Shown here: in pieces, positions 1 to 10,487 of the stretch
How the letters are laid out: every line of letters begins with the position of its first letter
Position numbering within the stretch: position 1 is the stretch's first letter
Assembly: GCA_963719085.1 (NCBI GenBank)
Contig: CAVRAL010000001.1
Coordinates: 416,001 to 480,000, forward strand
Direction of reading: 5' to 3'
Origin: a candidate division FCPU426 bacterium
GTDB lineage: Bacteria; Oederibacteriota; Muellerivitia; Muellerivitales; Muellerivitaceae
DNA length: 64,000 bases
The notes under the pieces: model-generated
What the model was told of the DNA's origin: nothing
Databases searched by the model: none
Seen by the model: only the letters and a program-made list of their open reading frames with translations
Made by a program: the position numbers and the translations under genes

Positions 1-2
1 AT

Positions 3-1010
3 TGGAAACCGGCTAAAATTTATTTGGGCGACGCTGGTTCCAACGCTTTAGGCGCCTTGGCGGCGACATCGCTCGTGACATTGGGCCAAGGCAAGCCCTT
101 CCTTTTGGACCTTTTTGATGGTGGAGGTCTTGATCCTCAGCCGATTGAAGAACCCTATCGCTTTCAGTTTTTAGTGGCGACCCTCATCGTGGGATATCCT
201 TTGGTGGAAGTGGTTCTCTCGACATTGCGTCGAGGGGTGAAACGATTCTTTTTGGGCCGTTCATTGGAATGGTCTGAGCAAGAGCATTTACATCACCAAT
301 TACTGAAGATGGGGCTTAAGGCTGACTCCATCTGTGTTTGGGCGATCTTGTTTCAAGGGCTTCTCACCTCAGCGGCGCTTTTGGCAGTGGTTCATCAAAA
401 CGCCTTGGCCACCTGGCTTTTGATTCCCTTGGTCATGATCCTGGCCTATTTCGGGCCCCGTTCCGGTTTTTTTGATTTTCTACGTTTGAACCAATCCCAA
501 GCCAAATTGCATTTTCAGATCGCCAACTATTTTATCTCAATGCAAAGGGTGAAATTGCGACTTACCCGTAGCCGGGAAGAAGTATTGGCTTTAGTCACTC
601 AAAGTTGCGGCGAGTTAGGAATCCGTTGCTTCCGTTTTTTCATCAAGCCTGACCATAACGGCAAGGGCAGTGTGGACTATAACTATCAAGACCCCCAAGT
701 GACTCGGCATAGGATGGAAGGCTTACAAGATTTCAGCGACGAAAACCCGCCGGATGAATATTTTGATTATTGCGAAATTCCGAGCCAGAGAGGCGAGGCC
801 TTTTGGCTTTTTAACGAACATTCCCGCGCCGACGAGTTGGATTTGGAATACCGGGTATTGATGAGTGGGTTTATGCGGGAAGCCTTGGAACGCACTACTC
901 GTCTTGGAGAAGGCTTGGAGCCGTTAGCGATGTCCAGTGTGGAAATTCTTCCACATGGAAAAATCAGCAGCCATCAATTGCGTAAACGCCACAACATTAA
1001 AATGAATTAA
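3..1010 (+). CDS. 5'-truncated MraY/WecA-family polyprenyl-phosphate HexNAc-1-P transferase with C-terminal soluble extension
   Basis: Frame is open from the window edge (WKPAKIYLGDAGS); HLHH motif; TM helices; clear paralog of 18348..19964. Confidence 0.85.
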   Translation, partial: WKPAKIYLGDAGSNALGALAATSLVTLGQGKPFLLDLFDGGGLDPQPIEEPYRFQFLVATLIVGYPLVEVVLSTLRRGVKRFFLGRSLEWSEQEHLHHQLLKMGLKADSICVWAILFQGLLTSAALLAVVHQNALATWLLIPLVMILAYFGPRSGFFDFLRLNQSQAKLHFQIANYFISMQRVKLRLTRSREEVLALVTQSCGELGIRCFRFFIKPDHNGKGSVDYNYQDPQVTRHRMEGLQDFSDENPPDEYFDYCEIPSQRGEAFWLFNEHSRADELDLEYRVLMSGFMREALERTTRLGEGLEPLAMSSVEILPHGKISSHQLRKRHNIKMN

Positions 1011-1012
1011 GA

Positions 1013-2323
1013 ATGGGTTTTGTGTCCGAAGTGATCAATGTAATATTCCGAAAATTATCATCAAAAAAACGAGTCTTAAACCAGGCAGCCATCATGGCGG
1101 TGGCGCGTATTTTGGGATTAGCTTTTGGGGCGGCAGGGATGGTTTGGGCGGCTCGATGTATGGGGCCTCATAATTACGGTCTCTCTGGAATGGTTCAAAG
1201 CATAGTGGTGCAAGTCTCAATGTTTTTTTCACTAGTTCATCCTACAATATTGATACGTGCTTACAAAAACACTTCAAAAGAAGATGAGCGGGAGCGGTTA
1301 GTTCGTGTTTCAAATACGTTTAGATTTTGGGGTGCTTTGGCCTTTTGTATTGTTGGCGCATTGGCATTATGGTTTCGCTTATTGCCAACCGAATATAATT
1401 TCGCAGGTTGGTTTTTCATTCCTTTGATTTTTCTTATGAATTTACAGCCTATCTGGTTATTCCAAGCGGCAGAACACCAGCATTTTCAGTCAGCCATAGC
1501 CGTTTTCCAACCCGCATTTTCCGCGATGCTATATTTTCTATTTTTTAAGCCAGGCATGTCAGCGGGAGCCGATCTTGCAATTTTATCAATTTCGTCAGTT
1601 TTAATTTTATGGATCTATTGGTATTCAGCGAATAAGCTTAAAATTTTTTCAGGGAATCCATTCTGTAAAATTAATTGGAAAGAAGCTAAGGAGTTAATCC
1701 AAAAGTCTGGATGGCTATTTTTTTCAAGCTTAGCTGTTTATGTTTATATTTCTTTGGAACTTCCGTTAGTAGGTTGGCTTTATTCTATCGAAACCCTTGG
1801 ACAATACAGAACTGCATTTTCAGTGGTTAATGCAGCTCAAGCTATTTTTAGTATTGTTCCGGCGCTTCTTTATCCGCGATTTATAGAATGGAGAAAACAA
1901 GGGGAAACATTTCTTTGGAAACGACAAGTTAAATTGGCATTGGTTTTCTCAATCTTGTCTTTTTTTGTTGCCGTTTTTTCTTTTTTGATTATTCCCATTA
2001 TTTATCCCCTTCTTTTTGGCGCCGCCTACTCCGGTGCTGCCTTTCCTTGCGTAATATTGATTGTGTCTAAGCTAGTCGTTGTTGTTAATGGGATATTCTA
2101 TTGGGGGCTTATGACCGATCATGGCTATGACCGAACAACATCTTTCGCAATGATCGGAACCGGCTTTTTTTCTTTAATTTTGAATTTATTATTTATACCA
2201 AAATTTGGAATGTATGCAGCGTCTTTAACGGATCTTGCAAGCGAAATGATTATTCTCGTAAGTTGTTTATATTTTTCCGTCCAACGAATTAAAAAAATTC
2301 GGACGGAAGAAGGAATGATCTAA
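1013..2323 (+). CDS. wzx: Wzx-type oligosaccharide flippase
   Basis: Multi-TM, ARCMGPHNYG N-terminal pattern, LGQYRTA and LNLLFIPKFGMYAA motifs typical of PST flippases. Confidence 0.85.
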   Translation: MGFVSEVINVIFRKLSSKKRVLNQAAIMAVARILGLAFGAAGMVWAARCMGPHNYGLSGMVQSIVVQVSMFFSLVHPTILIRAYKNTSKEDERERLVRVSNTFRFWGALAFCIVGALALWFRLLPTEYNFAGWFFIPLIFLMNLQPIWLFQAAEHQHFQSAIAVFQPAFSAMLYFLFFKPGMSAGADLAILSISSVLILWIYWYSANKLKIFSGNPFCKINWKEAKELIQKSGWLFFSSLAVYVYISLELPLVGWLYSIETLGQYRTAFSVVNAAQAIFSIVPALLYPRFIEWRKQGETFLWKRQVKLALVFSILSFFVAVFSFLIIPIIYPLLFGAAYSGAAFPCVILIVSKLVVVVNGIFYWGLMTDHGYDRTTSFAMIGTGFFSLILNLLFIPKFGMYAASLTDLASEMIILVSCLYFSVQRIKKIRTEEGMI

Positions 2324-4347
2324 TGAAAATTTTTCCTCCCGGTAATTGTGAAAAGCTTTATCGATTAATTGACGCTTCAGAGGTTGTGTCGTTCGATGTT
2401 TTCGACACGATTCTTCTAAGGAAAGTATTTCAACCAACTGATCTCTTTACACTTATTGAGAGAAATGAAAAGCTCGGATTTGATTTTAAAGATATTCGGA
2501 TTCATGCCGAGGTGAAGGCGTGGAACAATCGAAAAAATGGTATTTTAGAAGTCGGTCTTAAAGAAATTTATGATGAATTTTCGAAATTTCCGATACCTGG
2601 GATTAGTTCTAAAACAACTGAGAAGTTCAGAGAAGTTGAAATTAATTACGAGAAGAAGATTTGTGATGCAAATCAGTTTTTGATGAAATTTTATAAATAT
2701 GCCGTTAAAAATAAAAAGAGAATAATTTTTTGTAGCGACATGTATTTGCCGAAGTCGGTCATTTCCGAAATTTTGAAGTTACGAGGATTTCGTTCGTTTG
2801 AAAAAATATACGTTTCTTGTGAAATTCAGAAAACGAAACGTTCAGGAGAAATGTTTGACTGGGTTTTGCGCGACATGGGAGTTAGTCCTTCAAAAATACT
2901 TCACATAGGTGACCACCCTATTTCGGACATTAGAAATGCGGCCCGAAAAGGGTTTAAGGTTTTTTATTATAAAAAATGTTCGGAGATGGCGATTCGGGAT
3001 CCGCATTTTAAATCGTTAATGAATAGCTTTTCGGAATTGGAGCGGCAGGAACCTATTGTCTCGACGTGGTTGGCCACCATTGCGAATGAGTTTTATGCGA
3101 ATCGTCCATTGAAAGAAAGGTCGTTCTTTTTTCGATTGGGTTTTTTTCATGCAGGGATTTTGTTGTTAGGTTTTGTGAAATGGATTTCAGAACAAGCCGA
3201 AAAAGATGGCGTGCAAAAAATATATTTTCTTTCTAGAGATGGATATCTTCCGTTTGAAATATATAAAAAAATTTCGAGGGGTGTAAAAGGAGCAATTGCG
3301 GGAGATTATCTCTATGGATCGAGAAAAGCTTTTGTGCTTCCGAGTTTTACAGAAGTGGACGAAAAAAGTTTGAATTTTATGTCTCAGATTAGTTCTGGAT
3401 TGCCACTTTCTGTTTATTTTGAAAGATTGAATTTGAAAAGCGAATATTATCTGGAAATTGTTCGTGATTATGGGTTTAAAAGTCTCGATCAAATTGTCGA
3501 AAATGCGGATAAAATTAAGCTAAAAAAAATATTTAAAGATATAGGTGGCGATATTCTTCGAGAAAATAAATTTGAACGACGAAAACTATTGGGGTATTTG
3601 AAGCAAATGGGGGTTTTGAAGCTTAAAAAGATAGCTTTTGTGGATATCGGTTGGCAAGGGACTTTGCAGAAGGCTTATGAAAAATTGGTTTCAAATCAAC
3701 GTGAAATTAAACAATCAGTTCGAGGTTACTATTTTGGGTTAAGAGAACTATCTGAAATCAGTGAACGAAATTGGATGCAGGATGCCAATGGAATGAAAGG
3801 TTATTTTACGCACTTCGGGCAACCGAATTATCGAAAATTAAAATATGGGTGGCCCTTGTTTGAATTATTGTTTTACGCTCCCCACGGTACTGTCATCGGA
3901 TTTGAAGATAAAAAAACAAAGTTTACTCCGCTCGTGGACAAAACAATAAGTTCTTTTAACTTGGAAAGTTCAATTCAAGTTCAAGAAGGTGTTCGAAATT
4001 TTATTAATTCTTTTGATGGAATCGATAGCTTCGTGAAAATGGAGATAGATTTAATTTCCAAACCGATTATGAGATTAATCTCTCGCCCGACGTTTGAAGA
4101 GGCTAGGAATATTGGGAAATTTGAATTGGGCTCATTTGGAAAATACCACCAATTGAAGGCTATTGCGAAACCCCCGAGCGTTATAGATTTATTTTTAAGC
4201 CCACCTTCATTTCTAAAGGGATTTAAGGAGTCTCCCTGGAAACCTGGTTATTGGCGTCAGAGCCCCTTCTATTTTTTGCTTCCGTCATTTGGGATTGTTG
4301 CCAATTTCAAAAAGAAAATAACCAGTATATTTACGATATTTTGTTAG
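2323..4347 (+). CDS. HAD phosphatase plus PRT-like domain protein, probable ribofuranosyltransferase
   Basis: FDVFDT (HAD motif I), SDMYL, HIGD..SD; C-terminal half has FLSRDG and VDIGWQGT. Confidence 0.7.
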   Translation: MKIFPPGNCEKLYRLIDASEVVSFDVFDTILLRKVFQPTDLFTLIERNEKLGFDFKDIRIHAEVKAWNNRKNGILEVGLKEIYDEFSKFPIPGISSKTTEKFREVEINYEKKICDANQFLMKFYKYAVKNKKRIIFCSDMYLPKSVISEILKLRGFRSFEKIYVSCEIQKTKRSGEMFDWVLRDMGVSPSKILHIGDHPISDIRNAARKGFKVFYYKKCSEMAIRDPHFKSLMNSFSELERQEPIVSTWLATIANEFYANRPLKERSFFFRLGFFHAGILLLGFVKWISEQAEKDGVQKIYFLSRDGYLPFEIYKKISRGVKGAIAGDYLYGSRKAFVLPSFTEVDEKSLNFMSQISSGLPLSVYFERLNLKSEYYLEIVRDYGFKSLDQIVENADKIKLKKIFKDIGGDILRENKFERRKLLGYLKQMGVLKLKKIAFVDIGWQGTLQKAYEKLVSNQREIKQSVRGYYFGLRELSEISERNWMQDANGMKGYFTHFGQPNYRKLKYGWPLFELLFYAPHGTVIGFEDKKTKFTPLVDKTISSFNLESSIQVQEGVRNFINSFDGIDSFVKMEIDLISKPIMRLISRPTFEEARNIGKFELGSFGKYHQLKAIAKPPSVIDLFLSPPSFLKGFKESPWKPGYWRQSPFYFLLPSFGIVANFKKKITSIFTIFC

Positions 4348-4391
4348 AAGAACAAATTCTGAATAATTGGGTGAAAATTAGTGAAAAGTAA

Positions 4392-5099
4392 ATGTGTGTT
4401 GTTGGGGACTTTTTTAATTTGGGGTGGTGGTTTCTTATGTTAACGAAGCATAAAAGATGGATGGATGTGAGAGGTGGGTTTCTTGAAAGTGGAAAACTAG
4501 CACATCTATTTTTATATCCGTGGATTCGATTTTTGGGTCTTTGGTTGACGACAATATTTGGACGTTTTTATAGTTATTGGTGGGGCCTGAAAATTGGAAA
4601 AAATTGCGTCTTTAGAGGTTTCCCGATTTTTAGACGTTATCCGGGATCGTTTGTTAGCATTGGCGATAATTGCGCATTTGTTTCTTCTTCTCGTTATAAC
4701 TTTATTGGTGTGAACCATCCATTCCTTTTATCCACGCACAATTCGGATGCACGACTTGAAATTGGTGAAGGATGTGGTTTTAGTGGCACGTCAATTGGAT
4801 GCGCATTGAGCATTCGGATTGGGAATCATGTGCGATGTGGCGCAAATACTATCATTACAGATACGGATTGGCATCCGGAGGATCCGCGTCTTTCCCCGGA
4901 TGCTCCTGTTATTATTGAAGACAATGTTTTTCTCGGCGTTGGCGTCATTGTTCTAAAAGGTGTGAAAATTGGAAAAGGTTCGATCATTGGGGCTGGCAGT
5001 GTGGTGACACATGATATTCCGGCAGGGGTAATTGCGGGCGGAATACCGGCAAAAGTACTTAAAGTTTTAAACATAACTCCTCATAAAAAGAAACGTTAA
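4392..5099 (+). CDS. Hexapeptide-repeat (LbH) O-acyltransferase; true start may be downstream (ATG 4437)
   Basis: DTDWH, PVIIEDNVFLG, IGAGSVVTHDIP, GIPAK. Confidence 0.85.
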   Translation: MCVVGDFFNLGWWFLMLTKHKRWMDVRGGFLESGKLAHLFLYPWIRFLGLWLTTIFGRFYSYWWGLKIGKNCVFRGFPIFRRYPGSFVSIGDNCAFVSSSRYNFIGVNHPFLLSTHNSDARLEIGEGCGFSGTSIGCALSIRIGNHVRCGANTIITDTDWHPEDPRLSPDAPVIIEDNVFLGVGVIVLKGVKIGKGSIIGAGSVVTHDIPAGVIAGGIPAKVLKVLNITPHKKKR

Positions 5100-5170
5100 T
5101 AACTCTTGGTATTTACTTTTACTAGGTTCCCTTACGTTGATTTTTACTACGATTTTGATGAGGTCAATTA

Positions 5171-6457
5171 ATGCGCGTTCTTTGGTTTACAAATACTCTT
5201 ATGCCCGATGCTTGTTTAGCGATGGGATTACCTCCTGTTTCAATTGGAGGTTGGATGCCTGCTTTATTGCAGGCATTTCGAAAATATTTTCCAAATATTG
5301 AATTTGTTGTTTTGACAACAAATCGAATGCATCGTCGTGTCATCGTAGACAATGTAACGTATGTTACGTTTGGTGATCCTCGGAAAATGGTATTTGATAA
5401 TGACATTCCGAGTGATTTGGAGAAGGAAATACAGAAATTAGTTGATGAGTTTAATCCCGATCTTATACACGTACATGGAACTGAAAATTTTTACGCCCGC
5501 CTTAATTCCTTCGTTTTGTGTAATAAACCGGTGCTGATTTCTCTTCAAGGTCTTATAAATGGTTATTCTCAACACTATAACGGTAACTTGACGCCGACCG
5601 ATCTTTTGCCTTTTCGCACATTGCGAAACCGGGCGTTTCATGATGGCGTTTTTGAAAATCAAGAAAAATGGATTTTAAAGAGATCTGTGCAGGAGAAAAA
5701 GTCGCTCTCTATGCATAGTTATTATGCTGGGCGTACAAATTGGGACCGTGCATGGTTAATGGCATTTAATCCTAGTTCTACTTATTATCATTTAGACGAG
5801 ATTATAAGATCAGAATTTTATGGTGCGACTAGAGATCCTTTAAATATTTTACCATATTCAATTTATTGTTCTGCGGCCGCGAGTTATCCGCTAAAGGGTT
5901 TACATTGGTTAATCCGTGCGACTGCCATACTGAAGAAGAAATTTCCCGCTATACAAATTCGTATAGCAAATGCTCAGCGGATTCTTTCAAAGCCGAAAGG
6001 TTTTGTCGGATATTTGAAAAAAAATGATTACGCAGTCTACTTAAGGGATCTTATTTCAAAACTTGGACTGAACGAAAATGTCATCGGTTTACCTCAATTA
6101 GCCGCGGATGAAGTCAAAAAGGAATTGGAAAAAGCGCATGCTTTTTGCTTACCATCTCTTTGTGAAAACAGCCCGAATTCTCTAGGCGAGGCAATGTTAG
6201 TTGGCGTGCCATGTGTGGCGAATTATGTAGGAGGTATTCCGGACATGCTGGAGAACGAAAAAGAAGGTATTCTGTGTCCGGCGGCAGATTCGGCTGTCTT
6301 AGCAAAAGCGCTAGAACGTATTTTTGTTGATGAGAAATTTTCGGCCAGACTTGCTTTTAATGCTCAACAAACGGCACGTGAACGCCACGATCCGTACCGA
6401 ATCGTAAAACAGACAAAAAATATTTATGAATCAATTGTTAATGAATTTAGAGGTTGA
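5171..6457 (+). CDS. Glycosyltransferase family 4
   Basis: PDLIHVHGTE, KG, ENSPNSLGEAM (EX7E). Confidence 0.9.
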   Translation: MRVLWFTNTLMPDACLAMGLPPVSIGGWMPALLQAFRKYFPNIEFVVLTTNRMHRRVIVDNVTYVTFGDPRKMVFDNDIPSDLEKEIQKLVDEFNPDLIHVHGTENFYARLNSFVLCNKPVLISLQGLINGYSQHYNGNLTPTDLLPFRTLRNRAFHDGVFENQEKWILKRSVQEKKSLSMHSYYAGRTNWDRAWLMAFNPSSTYYHLDEIIRSEFYGATRDPLNILPYSIYCSAAASYPLKGLHWLIRATAILKKKFPAIQIRIANAQRILSKPKGFVGYLKKNDYAVYLRDLISKLGLNENVIGLPQLAADEVKKELEKAHAFCLPSLCENSPNSLGEAMLVGVPCVANYVGGIPDMLENEKEGILCPAADSAVLAKALERIFVDEKFSARLAFNAQQTARERHDPYRIVKQTKNIYESIVNEFRG

Positions 6458-6499
6458 GCTGAACACCGAGTTAAAAATACTAGTTTAAAAGTAGAGGGC

Positions 6500-7741
6500 A
6501 TGATTTTGTTAAAAAACACCGAAAGCTCTTTAAGAAAGGTATTGCTTTGTGTTTGGGGTTTTGGTGCAACTGCATTGTGCGAATATTTTTGGAAGGGGCG
6601 TTCTGACATAGCGGCAAAATTAGGGTACGTTTTATTTCCGGGGTTCTTTTTTTCTTTTATCTACTTTGGAACAAAATACATTTTTAAGAAACGCCTTGAT
6701 TTGTTATGTACTGCCGCCCATAGATTGAAAGTGTATTTGTATTTCAGCGTACTCACGATTTCTTTATTTGTGGGACTGTTTAGAGGTAATAACTTGAGCT
6801 TCATGATGAATGAAGTGATACTTTTCTATTCTTTGGGTCTTTTTTTAATCTTGGCAGTTGACGAAAAATTTTGCGATCAAGTATTCAAACTTTCCACAAT
6901 TATTTTTTGGGTTGCATTTTTAGGAGGGCTTTTAACACTATATTCTTTGTCGTATACGGCGGATTTCATGCCGGAAGATACCATTGAAGGGGGCGACGAG
7001 CGCTTTACTAGGAGTGCAGCCTACTATTTTTATAGGCCGTTTCTTATTTTAGGACTTCCACTTTTCTTATATGGTTGGATTTCGGTGAAGTCTATGTGGA
7101 AATACTTTCAAATTTGGTCTTTGTTAGGTTTTGCATTATTTGATGTATTTTTTTTCAAACATCGAGGGTCATTAGTTTTTATAGGATTGTCTTTATTTGC
7201 AGTGTTTTTAACGATTCGATTTAAAGGTCAGTGGTTTAAATTTTTAGGATTTGCTTTTTGTTTTTTATTTTTGGTTTTGGCCTGGCTTAATTCTGAGAGC
7301 GGTGAGGTGTTCATAAGCCGGATGAATGACTTTAACAATTTAAGTGTTACCGAGAATAGGCTTCCCGAAACACGGAGGTACTTTGATCAAATGGGTTACG
7401 AGTGGTTGTGGGGGCGCGGTCTCGGAGGTGGCTATAATTTAGGTGGGCTTTTTGGATCGTATTTGCAGGATGAGGATTGGCAAACAATTCATATTGGGTG
7501 GTTAGTATTTACTTTAAAAGGTGGTCTTCCGCTTTTGATTATTATGCTTATGTTTTTTGGTTCCTGGATAAAAAAACAAAAATTCTCTGAAAATCTAAAT
7601 GTTTTTGATATGACGGCCTATTATTGGATTCCAATCCTTTTTTTAATTTGGTCTGTAACTCCAATTGAGCTTAGCGCTTCTTCTGTTTCCGTTTTAGGAT
7701 TGTCATTTTTGATGTTGGGGAGATTTGGGAAGAAAGTATAA
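6500..7741 (+). CDS. wzy: Wzy-type polymerase / O-antigen ligase-like membrane protein
   Basis: About 10 TM segments, conserved R-G, WLWGRGLGG loop followed by His; position within the locus. Confidence 0.65.
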   Translation: MILLKNTESSLRKVLLCVWGFGATALCEYFWKGRSDIAAKLGYVLFPGFFFSFIYFGTKYIFKKRLDLLCTAAHRLKVYLYFSVLTISLFVGLFRGNNLSFMMNEVILFYSLGLFLILAVDEKFCDQVFKLSTIIFWVAFLGGLLTLYSLSYTADFMPEDTIEGGDERFTRSAAYYFYRPFLILGLPLFLYGWISVKSMWKYFQIWSLLGFALFDVFFFKHRGSLVFIGLSLFAVFLTIRFKGQWFKFLGFAFCFLFLVLAWLNSESGEVFISRMNDFNNLSVTENRLPETRRYFDQMGYEWLWGRGLGGGYNLGGLFGSYLQDEDWQTIHIGWLVFTLKGGLPLLIIMLMFFGSWIKKQKFSENLNVFDMTAYYWIPILFLIWSVTPIELSASSVSVLGLSFLMLGRFGKKV

Positions 7742-7811
7742 GCTTCAAATTTTAAGTTAGCATTTGCCTTAAAACTCAAACTTTGAAAAAGTTAATCTTT
7801 CGAAAGGTTTA

Positions 7812-8639
7812 ATGATGATTCTGCGCGCTTTGTTAGCATGCCACAATAGACGTGTTAAAACTTTGGCGTGCTTAAAAAGTTTTCGTGATCAAAAAGGGTT
7901 GAAACGAAGTGTGACTAAAAAGGTTACTCTGTTTGATGATGGAAGCACCGACGGAACTTCTGATTGGGTATCGAAGAATAAGTTGGCGGACGAGATTTTT
8001 ATTGGTGATGGAAATTTCTATTGGTGCGGAGCAATGAGAAGATTATGTGTTGGCCTTAAAGATTTTGATTCCGATTTGATTTTGTTGTTAAACGATGACG
8101 TAGTTCTTAAACCGCGAGCTGTTAAGGCGCTTCTTGAGGTAAGGGATTGGGCCCTCTCGAAAAATACGAAAGAGCCAATTGTAGTTGGTGCTACCCAATC
8201 GATTGATTCTCATAATACGACTTATGGCGGACTAGTGAAATATAGTTTTTGGCGTCCATTGGGTTTGAAATTATTAAATCCTAATGGGAGCTATTTGCCG
8301 TGTGATACTTTTAATTGCAATTGTGTTTTACTTTCCCGGAAGACAATATCGGATTTGGGCGGATTCGATAATAATTTTACGCATTCTATGGGCGATATTG
8401 ATTTGGGCTTACGCGCTAGAAAAAGTGGCGTGCCAATTTGGCTTGCTCCTCAGTATGTTGGATATTGCAATAACAACAAACCTGCGGATCGCAAAAAAAC
8501 ATTTCTGGGACGTTGGAAGGCTTTAAATCATCCCAAGGGTGCTCCGCCATTGGAAACATTTTTGCTGTATAAACGACATGGTGGAGTTGCTTGGCCTTTT
8601 TATTGGGCGGCGTTTATAGTTAGAAAATTGATTTTGTAA
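7812..8639 (+). CDS. Glycosyltransferase family 2
   Basis: DDGSTDGT, LLNDD, GDIDLGLRA. Confidence 0.9.
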   Translation: MMILRALLACHNRRVKTLACLKSFRDQKGLKRSVTKKVTLFDDGSTDGTSDWVSKNKLADEIFIGDGNFYWCGAMRRLCVGLKDFDSDLILLLNDDVVLKPRAVKALLEVRDWALSKNTKEPIVVGATQSIDSHNTTYGGLVKYSFWRPLGLKLLNPNGSYLPCDTFNCNCVLLSRKTISDLGGFDNNFTHSMGDIDLGLRARKSGVPIWLAPQYVGYCNNNKPADRKKTFLGRWKALNHPKGAPPLETFLLYKRHGGVAWPFYWAAFIVRKLIL

Positions 8640-8763
8640 TTTTCAATTGTTCCAGAAGTTTTGGTCGTTTATTTATTGTTGAGGTGATTAAAAGATGCTG
8701 GTGATAGACGGTTACAGGAAAAATTTTATTAAAACAGCTTTTTGATGATCACGGAGAAACTCT

Positions 8764-9927
8764 ATGATTAGCACATTAGCAGTGGTGGGGGGCCTTTCGA
8801 AGACAGGAGGTGGTACCTCATACAGTGTCCCGGCCTGGAGCAATGCCTTGGCCCGTGAGAATGTTCAACGGTTTTTGGTGACTGTCCAAGCTCCGGGTGA
8901 AGAACTCTCCGATTTTGTTGATGCGAATTTAGTTCATTTAGACAAAGTTTCTGCCTTTGGAACAAACAAATTCAATGTGCGTTGGGCTCCGGGGATGAAG
9001 AATAAACTTCGTTTTATATGTCGTGAGCAAAATATCCAACTCATTCATAATCATGGGGCCTGGCTCCCGGCGAACCATACGGCTTCCCAAGTCGCTCGCG
9101 ATTTCAAAATCCCGTATCTCATTACACCTCATGGCATGCTCACACTCTGGTGTTTCAACAACAAACCTGTGAAAAAACGATTGGCTTGGTGGTTTTACCA
9201 GAAGAAGGATGTGGATCTGGCGCGGGTGATCCATGTGACCGCCCAAAGCGAAGGAGATGAGCTACGCCATTTGGGTTACGGTGGTTCGTTGGCGGTCATT
9301 CCCAATGGGCTGAACTTGCCTGATTGGAAGAATGTGCCAGCAGTGGAACGAGAAATGAAGACGGCTCTATTTGTGTCTCGAATTCACCCGAAAAAAGGAC
9401 TTTTGGATTTAGTGGCAGCGTGGGCAAAGGTGAGGCCCAAGGGCTGGAGGATGCGATTAGTCGGACCAGACGAGGGTGGCTACCAGGCGATGGTGGAAAA
9501 GGCGATTCGGGAGAAAGGGCTTGAAAAAGATTTTATCTTTGATGGTTCGGTTTTTGGGGAACGGCTTTGGAATATTTATAGGGAATCTGATCTTTTTATC
9601 CTTCCAACCCTTAGTGAAAATTTTGGTAATGTCGTTCCGGAGGCCATGGCCTGTGGGTTACCCGTGATTTGCACCCATGGGGCCCCCTGGGAAGAGCTTA
9701 ACAGTCACTCCTGCGGCTGGTGGGTTCCGGTTGGTGCGGAGTCATTGGAAAAAGCCATGCGGGAGGCTTTTGAGACAACGGCTGCCCAACGTCGTGAAAT
9801 GGGGTTGCGAGGTCGGCGGTTAGTTGAAGAAAAATACACTTGGGCTTCCACAGGTCGGCAGATGAAATCCCTCTATGAGTGGATTTTAGGTGAGGGGAAA
9901 AAGCCAGAGTTTGTTCAAGAAGGGTAG
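8764..9927 (+). CDS. Glycosyltransferase family 4
   Basis: PHGML, SRIHPKKG, ENFGNVVPEAMACGLPV. Confidence 0.92.
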   Translation: MISTLAVVGGLSKTGGGTSYSVPAWSNALARENVQRFLVTVQAPGEELSDFVDANLVHLDKVSAFGTNKFNVRWAPGMKNKLRFICREQNIQLIHNHGAWLPANHTASQVARDFKIPYLITPHGMLTLWCFNNKPVKKRLAWWFYQKKDVDLARVIHVTAQSEGDELRHLGYGGSLAVIPNGLNLPDWKNVPAVEREMKTALFVSRIHPKKGLLDLVAAWAKVRPKGWRMRLVGPDEGGYQAMVEKAIREKGLEKDFIFDGSVFGERLWNIYRESDLFILPTLSENFGNVVPEAMACGLPVICTHGAPWEELNSHSCGWWVPVGAESLEKAMREAFETTAAQRREMGLRGRRLVEEKYTWASTGRQMKSLYEWILGEGKKPEFVQEG

Positions 9928-9932
9928 GAATT

Positions 9933-10487
9933 TTGAAAAACGCCCATAACATCATTTACCGAGATTCAATGGCATCCTCCAATCGGATTATTCGGTTGGT
10001 TTGGAATCTTTTTTGGTTTTTCCTATTTCGGCCTTCACCATCTTTTCTCCATGGTTGGCGGCGTCTTTTACTGCGTCTTTTCGGTGCTAAACTGGCGGCA
10101 GGTACTAAAATTTATCCCTCGGTCAAGGTTTGGGCACCATGGAACTTGGAAATGAAACGGGACAGTTGTTTAGGTCCTGGTGTGAATTGTTATTCCATGG
10201 CGAAGGTGTCGGTTGGGGCCTATTGTACGGTCAGCCAATATTCGCATCTCTGCTCGGCGGGACACGATATTTATGACCTTCATTTTAAGCTGACGACGGC
10301 GCCAATTCATTTGGGGGACAATAGCTGGGTGGCGGCGGATGCCTTCGTTGGCCCCGGTGTCACAATTGGGGAAGGCGCGGTTGTTGGAGCGCGGGCTTGT
10401 GTTTTTAAGGATGTGAAATCTTGGTCGATTGTGGGTGGTAATCCGGCAAAGGTCATCGGCAAACGAACCATCCGAAGGGGGCATTGA
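9933..10487 (+). CDS. wcaF: WcaF-like polysaccharide acetyltransferase
   Basis: WRRLLLRLFGAK, VWAPWNLEM, LbH repeats, GNPAK. Confidence 0.8.
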   Translation: MKNAHNIIYRDSMASSNRIIRLVWNLFWFFLFRPSPSFLHGWRRLLLRLFGAKLAAGTKIYPSVKVWAPWNLEMKRDSCLGPGVNCYSMAKVSVGAYCTVSQYSHLCSAGHDIYDLHFKLTTAPIHLGDNSWVAADAFVGPGVTIGEGAVVGARACVFKDVKSWSIVGGNPAKVIGKRTIRRGH

